Positions 13,202-26,179 of a DNA stretch of 64,000 nucleotides are shown here, piece after piece. Numbering within the stretch: position 1 is the first letter of the stretch; the number at the start of each line of letters is the position of its first letter. Source of the DNA: Octopus sinensis (Eukaryota). The notes below the pieces were generated by a model. It searched no databases. It saw only the letters and a list, made by a program, of their open reading frames with translations, and was not told where the DNA came from. Made by a program: the position numbers and the translations under genes. The stretch spans positions 23,932,001-23,996,000 of the forward strand of contig NC_043021.1 in NCBI RefSeq assembly GCF_006345805.1, written 5' to 3'.

Positions 13202-13205
<4 letters not shown>
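12490..13205. mobile_element. Penelope pLTR-like element: inverted partial copy plus ~362-bp direct repeat, flanked by (TA)n
   Basis: 12490-12655 is inverted relative to 12650-12785. The segment atatggatacag... recurs at ~12661 and ~13023. Confidence 0.7.
12935..12974 (+). ncRNA. Minimal type I hammerhead with U3:A8 core
   Basis: CUGCA-UUGAAAA-GGGG CAAUA CCCC-GAAA-CGCG-UC^UGUAG: 5-bp stem I, 4-bp GC stem II, palindromic ACGCGU stem III, GUC cleavage triplet. Confidence 0.75.
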
Positions 13206-13242
<37 letters not shown>

Positions 13243-13246
<4 letters not shown>

Positions 13247-15560
13247 AATTAAGGACTGAACACGAAAAGTGGACAGTCAACATGCTAGATATAGACGTCA
13301 AATCGCATTCACCACAAAAGATTTGTTCTCAGATCAAACTCAACACAAAACCATAGCAATAAACAAGTGAAAAATATACGAAAAAAATAATTACCCATGT
13401 ACTAAATTAGTTTCAGCTGTTATTTTCCGCAAGGAAAACTGCAGCATCATCATCAGCATGGTCCGTTATAAATGTAATTTGATGGACTAGATGCAAACAC
13501 GATACCGAAATATCGCGTGCATGGAGTTCAGCCTATTACATTAGAATATATCTTTCAAATGCCTCTACTTTGGCGCGTTGGAACCCGGGAAAAACTAGCC
13601 TGCAGCTAATAATTAGCAGCAGTTAATTTATCGGTTAGAGAACATATTTATTTATATAAAATTAATTAAGGGTAGAAATTGATATTTATCAATTAAGACC
13701 AGTGGTCTAGCATATTAAAAAAGAATCCGAAGATTAAAATATTTATATATACCAATTAAGGACTGAACACGAAAAGTGGACAGTCAACATGCTAGATATA
13801 GACGTCAAATCGCCATTCACCACAAAAGATTATGTTCTCAGATCAAACTCAACACAAAACCATAGCAATAAACAAGTGAAAAATATACGAAATAAAATAA
13901 TTACCATGTACTAAATTAGTTCAGCTGTTATTTTCGTGTTCAGTTAATTGGTATATATAAATATTTTAATCTTCGGATTCTTTTTTAATATGCTAGACCA
14001 CTGGTCTTAATTGATAAATATCAATTTAACCCTTAAATAAGTTTATAAAATAATATGTTCTCTAACCGATAAATTAACTGCTGCTAATTATTAGCTGCAG
14101 GCTAGTTTTCCCGGGTTCCAACGCGCCAAAGTAGAGGCATTTGAAAGATATATTCTAATGTAATAGGCTGAACTCCATGCACGCGATATTTCGGTATCGT
14201 GTTTGCATCTAGTCCATCAAATTACATTTATAACGGACAATGCTGATGATGGCGCAGTTTCCTTGCGGAAAATAACAGCTGAAACTAATTAGTACATGGG
14301 TAATTATTTTATTCGTATATTTTTCACTTGTTTATTGCTATGGTTTTGTGTTGAGTTTGATCTGAGAACATAATCTTTTGTGGTGAATGGCGATTTGACG
14401 TCTATATCTAGCATGTTGACTGTCCACTTTTCGTGTTCAGTCCTTAATTGGTATATATAAATATTTTAATCTTCGGATTCTTTTTTAATATGCTAGACCA
14501 CTGGTCTTAATTGATAAATATCAATTTCTACCCTTAATTAATTTTATATAAATAAATATGTTCTCTAACCGATAAATTAACTGCTGCTAATTATTAGCTG
14601 CAGGCTAGTTTTCCCGGGTTCCAACGCGCCAAAGTAGAGGCATTTGAAAGATATATTCTAATGTAATAGGCTGAACTCCATGCACGCGATATTTCGGTAT
14701 CGTGTTTGCATCTAGTCCATCAAATTACATTTATAACGGACCATGCTGATGATGGCTGCAGTTTTCCTTGCGGAAAATAACAGCTGAAACTAATTTAGTA
14801 CATGGGTAATTATTTTATTTCGTATATTTTTCACTTGTTTATTGCTATGGTTTTGTGTTGAGTTTGATCTGAGAACATAATCTTTTGTGGTGAATGGCGA
14901 TTTGACGTCTATATCTAGCATGTTGACTGTCCACTTTTCGTGTTCAGTCCTTAATTGGTATATATAAATATTTTAATCTTCGGATTCTTTTTTAATATGC
15001 TAGACCACTGGTCTTAATTGATAAATATCAATTTCTACCCTTAATTAATTTTATATAAATAAATATGTTCTCTAACCGATAAATTAACTGCTGCTAATTA
15101 TTAGCTGCAGGCTAGTTTTCCCGGGTTCCAACGCGCCAAAGTAGAGGCATTTGAAAGATATATTCTAATGTAATAGGCTGAACTCCATGCACGCGATATT
15201 TCGGTATCGTGTTTGCATCTAGTCCATCAAATTACATTTATAACGGACCATGCTGATGATGGCTGCAGTTTTCCTTGCGGAAAATAACAGCTGAAACTAA
15301 TTTAGTACATGGGTAATTATTTTATTTCGTATATTTTTCACTTGTTTATTGCTATGGTTTTGTGTTGAGTTTGATCTGAGAACATAATCTTTTGTGGTGA
15401 ATGGCGATTTGACGTCTATATCTAGCATGTTGACTGTCCACTTTTCGTGTTCAGTCCTTAATTGGTATATATAAATATTTTAATCTTCGGATTCTTTTTT
15501 AATATGCTAGACCACTGGTCTTAATTGATAAATATCAATTCTACCCTTAATTAATTTTAT
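13243..15560. repeat. Tandem array of ~505-bp units (about 1.4 units in one orientation, then about 3.2 inverted), each full unit with a hammerhead
   Basis: CTGATGA recurs at 14243, 14746 and 15253 (period 503-507). A reverse-complement unit lies at 13243-13745. The orientation switches near 13935. Flanked by (TA)n. Confidence 0.9.
14741..14805 (+). ncRNA. Type I hammerhead in tandem unit (also 14238-14299 +, 15248-15312 +, 13395-13461 -)
   Basis: CCAUG-CUGAUGA-U-GGCUG...UUUUCC UUGC GGAAAA...CAGCU-GAAA-CUA AUU UAG-UA^CAUGG. Confidence 0.75.
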
Positions 15561-15580
15561 ATATATATATATATATTATA

Positions 15581-15611
<31 letters not shown>

Positions 15612-15956
15612 ATATATATTTCGTTGTCTGTTTTAAATTATGACTTTGAATTTGTATAGATTACCTTGATGTGATCCTTCAAAAATTTCCCTTATCCTTC
15701 GATTTAGCTCGCAATGAGCACGCCTTAATATAGTATATTATTGTGAAGTATACTTAAAAACATACTTTATAAAAAATTCCACTTTATATATATATGTATA
15801 TGTCAATATATATATATATATATATATAATATATATATATACATATATATACATATGTATACATATATATATATATACATATATATGTAGATACACACAA
15901 ACACACGAACACATATATATATATATATATATATAATATATATTATATATATATAT

Positions 15957-16580
15957 AATTAGGGTTCAGCAAAGATTGCTTCACCACATACCGGAGTTTA
16001 GAAATAGCAGTCAAAAAATCTATCTTAGCTATTCCTTCTACTTTAAAAGGGGCTCCCAGAAAAACCAAATCCACGTAGGCAAAAGGGAAAAATAACGAAA
16101 ATCAATCGATATTAGGTTACCCACGTACGCGCGTTTCGGAATTAGATCGGTGTAAAGAATAAATAATTTTACCTTACCCGACCCTTTTCGGCTCTTCAGC
16201 GTGGGATTCTTCAAATATTAATTATTAAATATTAAATGTGAAGGCACTGGAAAATATCTCTGATACCGTTAGGTGAAGAGAGATCATATTCAGTGCTAGT
16301 GCCGCCAAATTCAAAATACGAGTGAGAGTTCATCATCTTCTCCTGCCCATTAGCGTGTCGCCAAGTAAGATGCTACAGAGAGAAACTGTAGTTTGTTATC
16401 TGGGAGAAGAATCCCATTATCAATAATAACAAAGGGTAAAATTAATTAATTAAGAAGTAATCAGTAATTTCACCAAGTAGAATTCGGCATGAAAAAGACC
16501 AATCATGGTAAGCTTAAGTAATACTTTATAATTAGGGTTCAGCAAATATTTGCTTCACCACATACCGAAGTTTAGAAATA
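15957..16580 (-). mobile_element. Penelope pLTR-like element with terminal direct repeat, in (TA)n
   Basis: aattagggttcagcaaa...gtttagaaata occurs at ~15957 and ~16530; contains a hammerhead. Confidence 0.7.
16120..16205 (-). ncRNA. Type I hammerhead ribozyme fold
   Basis: CCCACG-CUGAAGA-[extended stem II GGGUCGG/CCGAUCU]-GAAA-CGCGCG-UA^CGUGGG: 6-bp stem I. Confidence 0.8.
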
Positions 16581-16638
16581 TATATATATACAATATGTAT
16601 TTACACACACACACACACACACACACAACACACACACA

Positions 16639-17108
<470 letters not shown>

Positions 17109-17207
17109 TAAATATATATATATATTATATATATATATGTAGGTCCCGGGTTGATCCGGGGTTAACCACAGTAAGTAAGGTACTCAATACATAGCAGAGT
17201 AAAATTA

Positions 17208-17338
17208 ATTTATTATATAGAAGGAGCTTCTACAGGACTAGTACTGTTTCATTCAAGAGAAATCTTCAGGAGCTTCCTGAAGATTTCTCTTGAATGAAAC
17301 AGTACTAGTCCTGTAGAAGCTCCTTCTATATAATAAAT
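17208..17338. repeat. Perfect 64-bp-arm palindrome with 3-nt centre
   Basis: 17208-17271 is the exact reverse complement of 17275-17338. Confidence 0.95.
17269..17323 (+). ncRNA. Type I hammerhead ribozyme fold
   Basis: GGAGCUUC-CUGAAGA-U UUC UCUU GAA U-GAAA-CAG UACUAGUC CUG-UA^GAAGCUCC: 8-bp stem I. Confidence 0.75.
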
Positions 17339-17344
17339 ATATAT

Positions 17345-17392
<48 letters not shown>

Positions 17393-18874
17393 CAGTATAC
17401 ATATATACACAGGCTAGCCGAGTTTGAGGTCAAAATAACCGTCTCAGGGATAGAAGTATCCATTACGTTACTGGTATATTACTTACGTTTAACCCTGAGC
17501 ATACATATACAAACATATATATTATAGATCAAGACAAAGATAAACATGGTTTTCTCAAGAATCAAAATTTAAAGAAAACAGAAAAGGGAGAAATATTGAT
17601 GAACATCAATTGATTTACATCAATTATTATTTATTAATTCAATACAAAAATGTGATGCAGTCTATTTGTATTGAATTAATAAATGATAATTGATTATATT
17701 CAATTGTTCATCAGTATTTCTCCATTTTCTGAGCGGCTGTGTGAGAAGTAGCCTGTCTACAAACCACATGGTTCCGGGTTCAGTCCCACTGCGTGGCACC
17801 TTGAGCAAGTGTTTTCTACTATAGTCTCGGGCCGACCAAAGCCTTGTGAGTGGATTTGGTAGACGGAGACTGAAAGAAGCCCGTCGTATATATGTATATA
17901 TATATATATGCGTGTGTGTGTTTATGTGTCTGTGTTTGTCCCTCTCGCATTGGTTGACAACCGATGCTGGTGTGTTTATGTCCCCGTCACTTAGCGGTTC
18001 GGCAAAAGAGACCGATAGAATAAGTACTGGGCTTACAAAGAATAAGTTCCGGGGTCGATTTGCTCGATTAAAGGCGGTGCTCCAGCATGGCCGCAGTCAA
18101 ATGACTGAAACAAGTAAAAGAGTAAAAGAGTATATATATTCTCTTTTCTCTTTTCTCTTTTACTTGTTTCAGTCATTTGACTGCGGCCATGCTGGAGCAC
18201 CGCCTTAATCGAGCAACTCGACCCCGGGACTTATTCTTTGTAAGCCCAGTACTTATTCTATCGGTCTCTTTTTTGCCGAACCGCTAAGTGACGGGGACGT
18301 AAACACACCAGCATCGGTTGTCAAGCGATGCTAGGGGGACAAACACAGACACACAAACACACATATATATATATATACATATATACGACAGGCTTCTTTC
18401 AGTTTCCGTCTACCAAATCCACTCACAAGGCATTGGTCGGCCCGGGGCTATAGCAGAAGACACTTGCCCAAGATGCCACGCAGTGGGACTGAACCCGGAA
18501 CCATGTGGTTGGTTAGTAAGCTACTTACCACACAGCCACTCCTGCGCCTATATATATATATATATACATACACGTATATACACGTATGTGTGTGTGTGTT
18601 TGCATGCATGTATATTGAGTGAGTTAATGAGACAAGTTCTACGTGATTACTTGATTTGAAATGCTAACCATATCTTATCTTCCACGGTTCACTCCTTTAC
18701 AAGCCTTAAATAACAAGGAAGTCTGTGATTTATTCCTAAAACAGAAAATAACAGTGATGTTCATTTTTATAACAAACCATCTTGCTAAGTACCCAGTTCA
18801 GACTGCTACAAAAAAACCCTGCGTTTAGCTTTATAGGAAACCAATTATTTAATGTTTTGATGTCTTTATTGAAG

Positions 18875-18980
18875 GTCATGGCGTCATCTGAGGGAGGTAG
18901 CTAGAACATGTTCAGCAACACATGAGGAATTATACCAAGACTGGCTCTGGAAAAAGGGAAAAGAGCTATATGCGAAATAA
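18875..18980 (+). CDS. Stanniocalcin-like gene A, terminal exon 4 (SWRHLREVARTCSATHEELYQDWLWKKGKELYAK*)
   Basis: Acceptor tgtctttattgaag|G completes the phase-2 codon. Supplies the tenth Cys. W, C and W are conserved with 49649-49745, and the 3'UTR is homologous to 49746-49850. Confidence 0.75.
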
Positions 18981-19092
18981 CAAGGAACTGAGTATTTCGT
19001 TTCTGGAATATAACTTCAATGATTAAAAGTTATTCAATGATTGCTTAATGTTTCTAATATATGATTTAGTTACTGAACCGTGTCACCAAAAG

Positions 19093-19139
<47 letters not shown>

Positions 19140-19194
19140 GGTGGTGGTGGTGGTGGTGGTGGTGGTGGTGGTGGTGGTAGCGGCAGTAGCAGCG

Positions 19195-19232
<38 letters not shown>

Positions 19233-19278
19233 GGTGGTGGTGGTGGTGGTATTAGTAGTAGTATTAGTAGTGGTGGTG

Positions 19279-19309
<31 letters not shown>

Positions 19310-19499
19310 CAGTAGTTTTAGTAGTAGTAGTTTTCTTACATAGATATAAATACTGTAATTGGAGAAGGATTATTCGATTACAACGGCCCTTGTACTTTAT
19401 CGATTCCGAAAGGATAACATTTTTTCTTCTATAATTACAAAGCCTCAAATTTTGATGCCTCTCAGCGCCGCCTTAATATCTACTTTGGCTATAAAATCG

Positions 19500-20150
19500 T
19501 TCATTTCGTGTCTGTTCAGATGCGTATGAAAAGAACCGTTCTTCTCTACACTGCTTCAATTACCTCTGACGGAACAGTTAGATTGGCCCACGTTTACTCT
19601 TGTTTAATTAGTTTCCATGCCTACGTTAACATCTGGTCCCTATTAGTGAGGTCCACGATAAAGCGCTGTATCTTCTTCGCCGTTGCTGCATCTGCGAACG
19701 GCTTTTGGTTTTGGTACTATTCTCGTTGCTGTTGTTGTCTTAATGTCACTGCTGCTGCCACCGCTGCTGCTGCCACCGCTGCTGCCGCTGTTGTTGTCGT
19801 TCTTATCGATGTTGCTGGCATTGGTTTTGTTTTTATTATTGTTGTCACATTTGTTCTCGTTGTTACTTTTGTCGCTATCGCTGCTGCCACTGCAGTTGCT
19901 GCCTCTGTCTTGGTTATTGTTGCTACCACCACTACTGCTGCTGTGGCTGTTGTCACTGTTGCAGCTGCTGCTGTTGCTGTTGCTGTTGAGAGGTCCGGTC
20001 TGAGCGGTCTGAAACGTGGTCCTTTGCTATTTGTAAGACCTGCAGAGGAGAAAGCAGGTCAATCCCCGACACCGAAACCGTCGACGGATGGCTGAATGCG
20101 CATCCAGGCTCAGCGGTTGCGTAGGAAGTCGGGGACAAGAAACAGGAAAA
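19500..20150 (-). mobile_element. Probable 5' end/ORF1 start of a Tx1/L1-like LINE
   Basis: A low-complexity Thr/Ala N-terminus is followed by KPFADAATAKKIQRFIVDL, resembling the FADMLK motif of the ORF1 at 44084-44674. Stops are present. Confidence 0.35.
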
Positions 20151-20557
20151 AAGAGTGACAGAAAGTTGGAGCAAAAGAGTGAGAGAAAGTTGGAGCAAAA
20201 GAGTACAACAGGAGTCGCCACACCCCCCTGCTGGAGCCTCGTGGAGCTTTAGGTGTTTTCGCTCAATAAACACACACAACGCCCGGTCTGGGAATCGAAA
20301 CCGCGATCCTCCGACCACGAGTCCGCTGTCCTAACCATTGGGCCATTGTGCCTCCACCGCTGCTGCTGCTGTCGTTGCTACTGCTGTTGCTATTACTGTC
20401 ACCATTGTGAGTTGGATTTTGTACCGTGAGTTTTAGTTTTCTGGTGGGGAGGCTTTGGTCTTGTACTGCAATTAGAAATCCCTCTGTCTCTGCTTTGAGT
20501 CCTGAGCTTCTCAACCATTGTTGGGATTTTTCTTTGTCTATTTCTTTTGCATTTAGT

Positions 20558-23170
20558 TCAGTCCAGTATTTGCCATCGTTTTATCATGGCCCGTTGCTGT
20601 TCTAGTTTTAGTTTGGATTTCATTTGTTTTATAGCTTTTGTTGTTTCTTCTTCTTCTTCTTCTTCTTCTTCTTCTTCTTCTTCTTCTTCTTCTTCTTCTT
20701 CTTCTTCTTCTTCTTCTTCTTCATATTTGTTAGGTGGTATGATTTCTTGTTTGTATTTGTCAGCTTCCTTAAATACTGAGAACAGTTTTTTGTTTTGCTC
20801 ATGTTTTGCCGCTATTTGTACTAGTTTTCCTTCCTTCTGAAGTAGATATTTTTGCAGTCCTATGGCGGTTATTTCATAGTAGTTTTCCAGCTGTATAAGG
20901 CCTCTACCACCTTCTATACGTTGTATATATAGCCTTTCTATGTCAGATTTTGGGTGATGCACCCTAGATCCTGTCATTATTTTTCTTGCTTTCCTATCTA
21001 TTTTGGTCAGTTCTTTTAGTGTCCAGTTAAGGATATTGCAGCTGTAACTTATAACTGGGACGGCTAAAGTGTTGATACCTATTATCATGTTTTTAGCATT
21101 GAGCTCTGTTTTTAGTATTGATCTAACTCGTCTATAATATTCTTTTTTATTTTCTCTTTCATTTGTGTGTGTTGTGTCTTATCTAGTTCATGGATTCCTA
21201 AGTATTTGTAAGTTTGGTTTTGGTCTAATTCTTTTATTTCATTGGTTTTATCTAGACTGATGTTGCTACTCTTAACTAGTTTTCCTCTTTTCATGGTTAC
21301 TTTGGCGCATTTTTCTAATCCAAATTTCAGATCTATTTCTTTGGTAAATCTATGAACTATCTTTAGTAGTGTTTCCAGCTGTTTGTCATTTGTAGCGTAT
21401 AGTTTAAGGTCATCCATATATAAAAGGTGGCTGATCGTTTTGCCGTAACATTTATATCCGCATCCAGTACTATTTAACATATCAGATAGAGGTGACAGTG
21501 CCAAGCAGAAAAGGAGTGGAGAGAGCGTGTCTCCCTGGAATATTCCTCTTCTAATGGGGATGGCTTCGGTTTTCACGAGTCCCTCTTTTGTTTGGAGCTG
21601 TAGCACTGTCTGCCATTTATTCATAGAGTGTCCTATGTATTTTATGATTGTTGGTGCTACTTTGTTAATGGCTAGTGTTTCGAGCATCCATGTGTGAGGG
21701 ATGCTATCAAACGCCTTTCTGCAGTCGATCCAGGCCATACTGAGGCCTTTCTTCTTTCTGTGGCTCTCTTCAGTTATGGCTTTATTGATCATTAGTTGAT
21801 CTTTACAGCCATATAAGCCTTTGCGGCATCCTTTCTGCTCTTCTGGAAACAGGTTGTTTTCGTCCAGGTGCTTGTTCAATCTTCGTGATTTTACTGCAGT
21901 AAATGCTTTGTACATTGTAGTGAGACAGGTTATAGGTCTGTAGTTTTCTGGTTTTGCTGTCTCATTGGATTTGGGAATTAAGATGGTTTTCCCCTTCGTG
22001 AGCCATTCAGGCATTCTCTGGCTCTGCCAGTATGTTGTTAAAGTTTTCAGCCAGCTTTTTGTGCATTCCTGTCAGATATTTCAACCAGAAGTTGGAGATC
22101 TTGTCATGCCCATGTGCCTTCCAGTTGCTTAGTCTTTGCAGTGCCTGGGTGACCTCTTCAGTTGTTATGGGGGTCCAAAGTTGTTCAGATGCCGAATTTG
22201 TTATTCTGATACTCCTTTTTTTTGGTTGTTCGTTCGCCGACCATATTTCTCCCCAGAATTCTTCCAATTCTTCTGCCGTTGGTGCTGCAGTGACTTCTAT
22301 TTTATTTTTTCCCAGTTCTTGGTAGAACTTTTTGGGGTCGGAGTTGAACTTTTTGTTTTGTTCAAAGAAGCGTTGACGTTTCTTGTACCGGCGGATCCTT
22401 TGTGCTTTGGCAAGGATATCTTGCTTCAGCTTTTCTTTTATCTCGGGTAAATCTTTTTCTGTGATGCTGTATTTGCGGAGCATTTTTGTTTTCTTTTTGT
22501 TGCTCAGTAGCGTTGATTGTCTACTTATTTCGTTAAGAATCGACAGATCTTTTCTCATTTTTTTGTATTTTTTGGATGTTATTTATCCACAGGGTTTATT
22601 TGGGTGGTGGTACTCCTGTTTGGATGGGTTTAAGGGAGTATCCAGCTTCTTTTGTGGATGCAGTGGCTGCTGCATATACAAAGTCATTTAGCTCAGTGAT
22701 ATTGCTATTTGTTTCAGTGGCTATTAGTTCCATAACGGCTAGGCTTATGCTATTTATAATTGATGTTGTTTATTTTGTCTATTTTGATTTTTGAGAGGTA
22801 TGGTCGGTGGTCCATTTTGAGCTCTGTGGTTTTCAGCTCTTTGATTATTCTACTCTTTACAGTATCATAATCATTAGGCTCCCCTTCGTTGTTTCCAGGT
22901 TTTAGATTTGTGTCGCTTTCTTTCTCATTCGTATGTTTGTCTGTCGTGTTTTGGCTTGCTACTTGTCGTGTATTATTATGCATCCTTACGGTCTGGTGTT
23001 GTTGGGGTTTTTTTACATTGTTTTTGTTGGGAATGTTGCGTTTGTCTTCGTGTTTTACTATCTCCGTGTTTATACTATTTGGTATTGTTCTGTGGCTTCT
23101 ATCTACATTTTCGTGATGTATTTTTCCTTTCAAATGTTCTATTTCTGATATTCTTTTGCGTTGAGAATAT
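20558..23170 (-). mobile_element. R4/Dong-clade non-LTR retrotransposon, 5' region and RT, frameshifted and lacking the 3' endonuclease
   Basis: PEWLTKGKTILIPK, NYRPITCL, QKGC, WIDCRKAFDS, GIFQGDTLSPLLF, LLYMDDLKLY, YKYLG, INTLAVPVISYS; split over four ORFs. Confidence 0.88.
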
Positions 23171-23739
23171 ATCTCTGTACGTTAGCTAGTTTACACATAC
23201 ACACACATATACAAACACACACATATGTGTGTTTGTGCGTGTGCGTCTATGTATATATTTATGCCTGTGTACGTTTGTGATATATTTGTTCTCCATCACC
23301 ACTTGACATCTAGTGTTGTTTTCTTTACGACCCTGAAACATAGCGGCTCAACAGAAGAGACTGATAGAATAAGTGTCAGACTTTAAAAATAAGTACTTGT
23401 TGATTTGGTCGTCTAAACCAGTGGTTCTTGTAAAGGTTTTGTTTGTTTGATGCAGCTCCCCCTCCCGAAGTAGTTGTTATGCTTAACGCTCACGAAAGTG
23501 ATGAGATGAGATATCACTGCTAAACTAGCTGGAGCGCCTTTGATAATATGCTTGCCGCCAAATCAATAACATACACAACAAGTATATGAACAGCGTATAC
23601 AACCACAAGTACAATAACAACAACAACGATGTGAATAACAACAGCAACGGCAACAACAATAAAAATAAGACCAAATTCCACAACAGCCATGATGGTACGG
23701 CACTCCAAAGTGAGTTGAACAACAGAAAATCTTCAGAAA

Positions 23740-24280
23740 AGAAACCCCATCTCAGGCAAGTATTTCAGACACATGTCTCAACCCAAATCTTTAGTGATAA
23801 TGGACTGTACTGAACCGAAACTAATCAACACATCCTCTAATAACTCACGGATGGTGATTCGACGATTACCCCTCAGGGCTGCACGCACATCTGAAATGTT
23901 TTTTTCAGTTTTGCAGGTTGCGGGTCTCCCAGAATGTTCGTCAATATCGATATTTTTCGACCATCTTGGAAGCGTCTGAACCTTGGAAATTTGTGTGCGG
24001 CTCATAAACTCCTCTCCATACCCTTTCTGCAACTTTGCGTAGGCCTCTGGGCTCGTATCATGAAGATAACTATCTCCGTCATGGTTAGTGCGACAATCAC
24101 ATGCTTCACACCTTCCTTCCAAGCACTGATGTAAACAGTTAAAGTGAGCTAGAATATTATAACTTAGTGCGCATGCACAGCAGAGTTCAAGGTCAATCTT
24201 TATCAAGTGGCTTCACTCTACATGTTTTAGCTTTGTTACTATGGCAGCAGTCCTAATACTTATTAATCAGATCTCGTAAA
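23740..24280 (-). mobile_element. Mariner 5' fragment
   Basis: HTH region EAYAKLQKGYGEE...SGRP...NRRITIREL; TIR-like tacgagatctg at ~24280. Confidence 0.75.
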
Positions 24281-24544
24281 CTAGATTTCACTGACATAAG
24301 AAAATAAGGGATATACTAAACGCACATTATTTTTGAATAATGATAGAGTAGAAAACTTGTTTTTGCCATACTGCGATAGGGAAATTTTGATAGAATTTAC
24401 TTGCTTCTGCTTGATATTAAACACGGCAATACAGTCACAGTCAAAATATTTGCAACGTATAATTCTACCAACCGTGACTCGCAGAGTATCGGCAGAGTGA
24501 AGCGTCGCCTTTCAGTTAGTAAACTAACATCACGGTGCTGCAGT

Positions 24545-24675
24545 ATGCATTTATATAGTTTGTATATTTATATAGTTTATATATTTATATAGTTTGTATA
24601 TTTATACAGTATGTATATTTATATAGTTTATATTTTTATATAGTTTGTATATTTATATAGTTTGTATATTACAGT
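24545..24675. repeat. ~18-bp minisatellite (TTTATATAGTTTGTATAT)n
   Basis: About 6-7 imperfect tandem copies read directly. Confidence 0.85.
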
Positions 24676-25468
24676 CATTTGATAAATTCCAATGCATAAA
24701 TACCAATAAATAAATAATAAATAACATTGTAGATGATATAACAGAAGTAATGGAACCCAGAACATAATGATCTCAAATTTTGGCACAAGGTCAGGAATTT
24801 CGGGGAAGGGTAAGCCCATAACATCACTTCCAGTGCCCAAATGTTACTTATTTTATGAACCTCGAAAGCAGGAAAGGCGAAGTCGACCTAGGCGGAATTT
24901 GAACTCAGAACCTGAAGACGGGCGAAATGCTGATAACCATTCCGTCGGTGTACTAATGATTCTGCCAACTCACCACCTTAATAACCACGTTATTTGATCA
25001 TCTGTAACTCAGAACAGACAATAAAGACAATAAAAGAAACAAAAATGGTTTGGTCGCTTAATTACTTTTGGGGATCTAGTTGGTTTGGCTCTCAGCATTT
25101 CAAAAATTAAAGTTTATCGAAAATTTTAAAATTTACATAAATTCACATGCACAATTATCAACAGACAAGGAAAACAAGTGGTTGTAATATATTTGTTAGC
25201 ACATACTTTCTCGCAGACAAAATAATCCTCATGTTCCGCATATTGCTATGGAAACAGGCATGACTGTGTCTATGGCTTACGATTGGCTAAAATTACCGAA
25301 ATTTTCAAGCTATTGTTGCTTTATTTATTAATTTACGGCGAGAATGCTTTTCACGTCATTCATTAGCCACTAAAAGTATATCGTTACACTGAATATGAAA
25401 TCAATTCGAACAGAATTGATGCTGGCAGCTAAGCTGACTAGATTCACTCTTGGTGTAGAAGCGCATTG

Positions 25469-25791
25469 TGAGGGCGCGTGGCTTAGTGGTTAGGGCATTC
25501 GGCTCATGATCGTAAGGTTGTGAGTTCGATTCCCGGCGACGCGTTGTGTCCTTGAGCAAGACACTTTATTTCACGTTGCTCCAGTCCACTCAGCTGGCAA
25601 AAATGAGTTGTACTTGTATTTCAAAGGGTCAGCCTTGTCACTCTCTGTGTCACGCTGATTATCCCCGAGAACTACGTTAAGGGTACACGTGTCTGTGGAA
25701 TGCTCAGCCATTTGCACGTTAATTTCACGAGCAAGCTGTTCCGTTGATCATATCAGCTGGGACCCTCGTCGTCGTAACCGGCGGAGTCTTT
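25469..25791 (+). mobile_element. Young SINE with 13-bp target-site duplication
   Basis: TAGAAGCGCATTG at 25456-25468 and 25792-25804. Confidence 0.92.
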
Positions 25792-26179
25792 TAGAAGCGC
25801 ATTGGACTAATAATTCAGAAGTCTGTACAACAAAGCTACTCTCTGCGAAGAAATGCTGTTTTTGATATTTATATATTGCAACTGAGTTGACTACAAATAC
25901 CCCAAAGATATATGTGTCTATATAGCTTAAGGGATCGGTACAATTTATTATGTGCAATAGAACATTTTGTATTATTTCAATAGGTCACCAACTGATCGGA
26001 ACAATCTAAATCCGAATGAGTGAAGAAGACAAGAACAGGACTTACAAGATATATAGGATTATTAGATAATTTTGTTATTTTTAAATATGCATGAGATTAC
26101 GTATATTTACTTTTCGAAAATGCGGGCTATTTTGAGATATCTGTTGTTACATTATAACAGTATATACATATATATATAT

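Noticed and set aside
14210-14290. Type III hammerhead fold using the upstream GUC
   Set aside because: The type I fold (CCAUG/CAUGG, GUA site) gives longer stems with the same core.
13243-15560. CRISPR array or coding repeat
   Set aside because: The units are ~505 bp with no repeat-spacer structure and no ORF; the context is eukaryotic.
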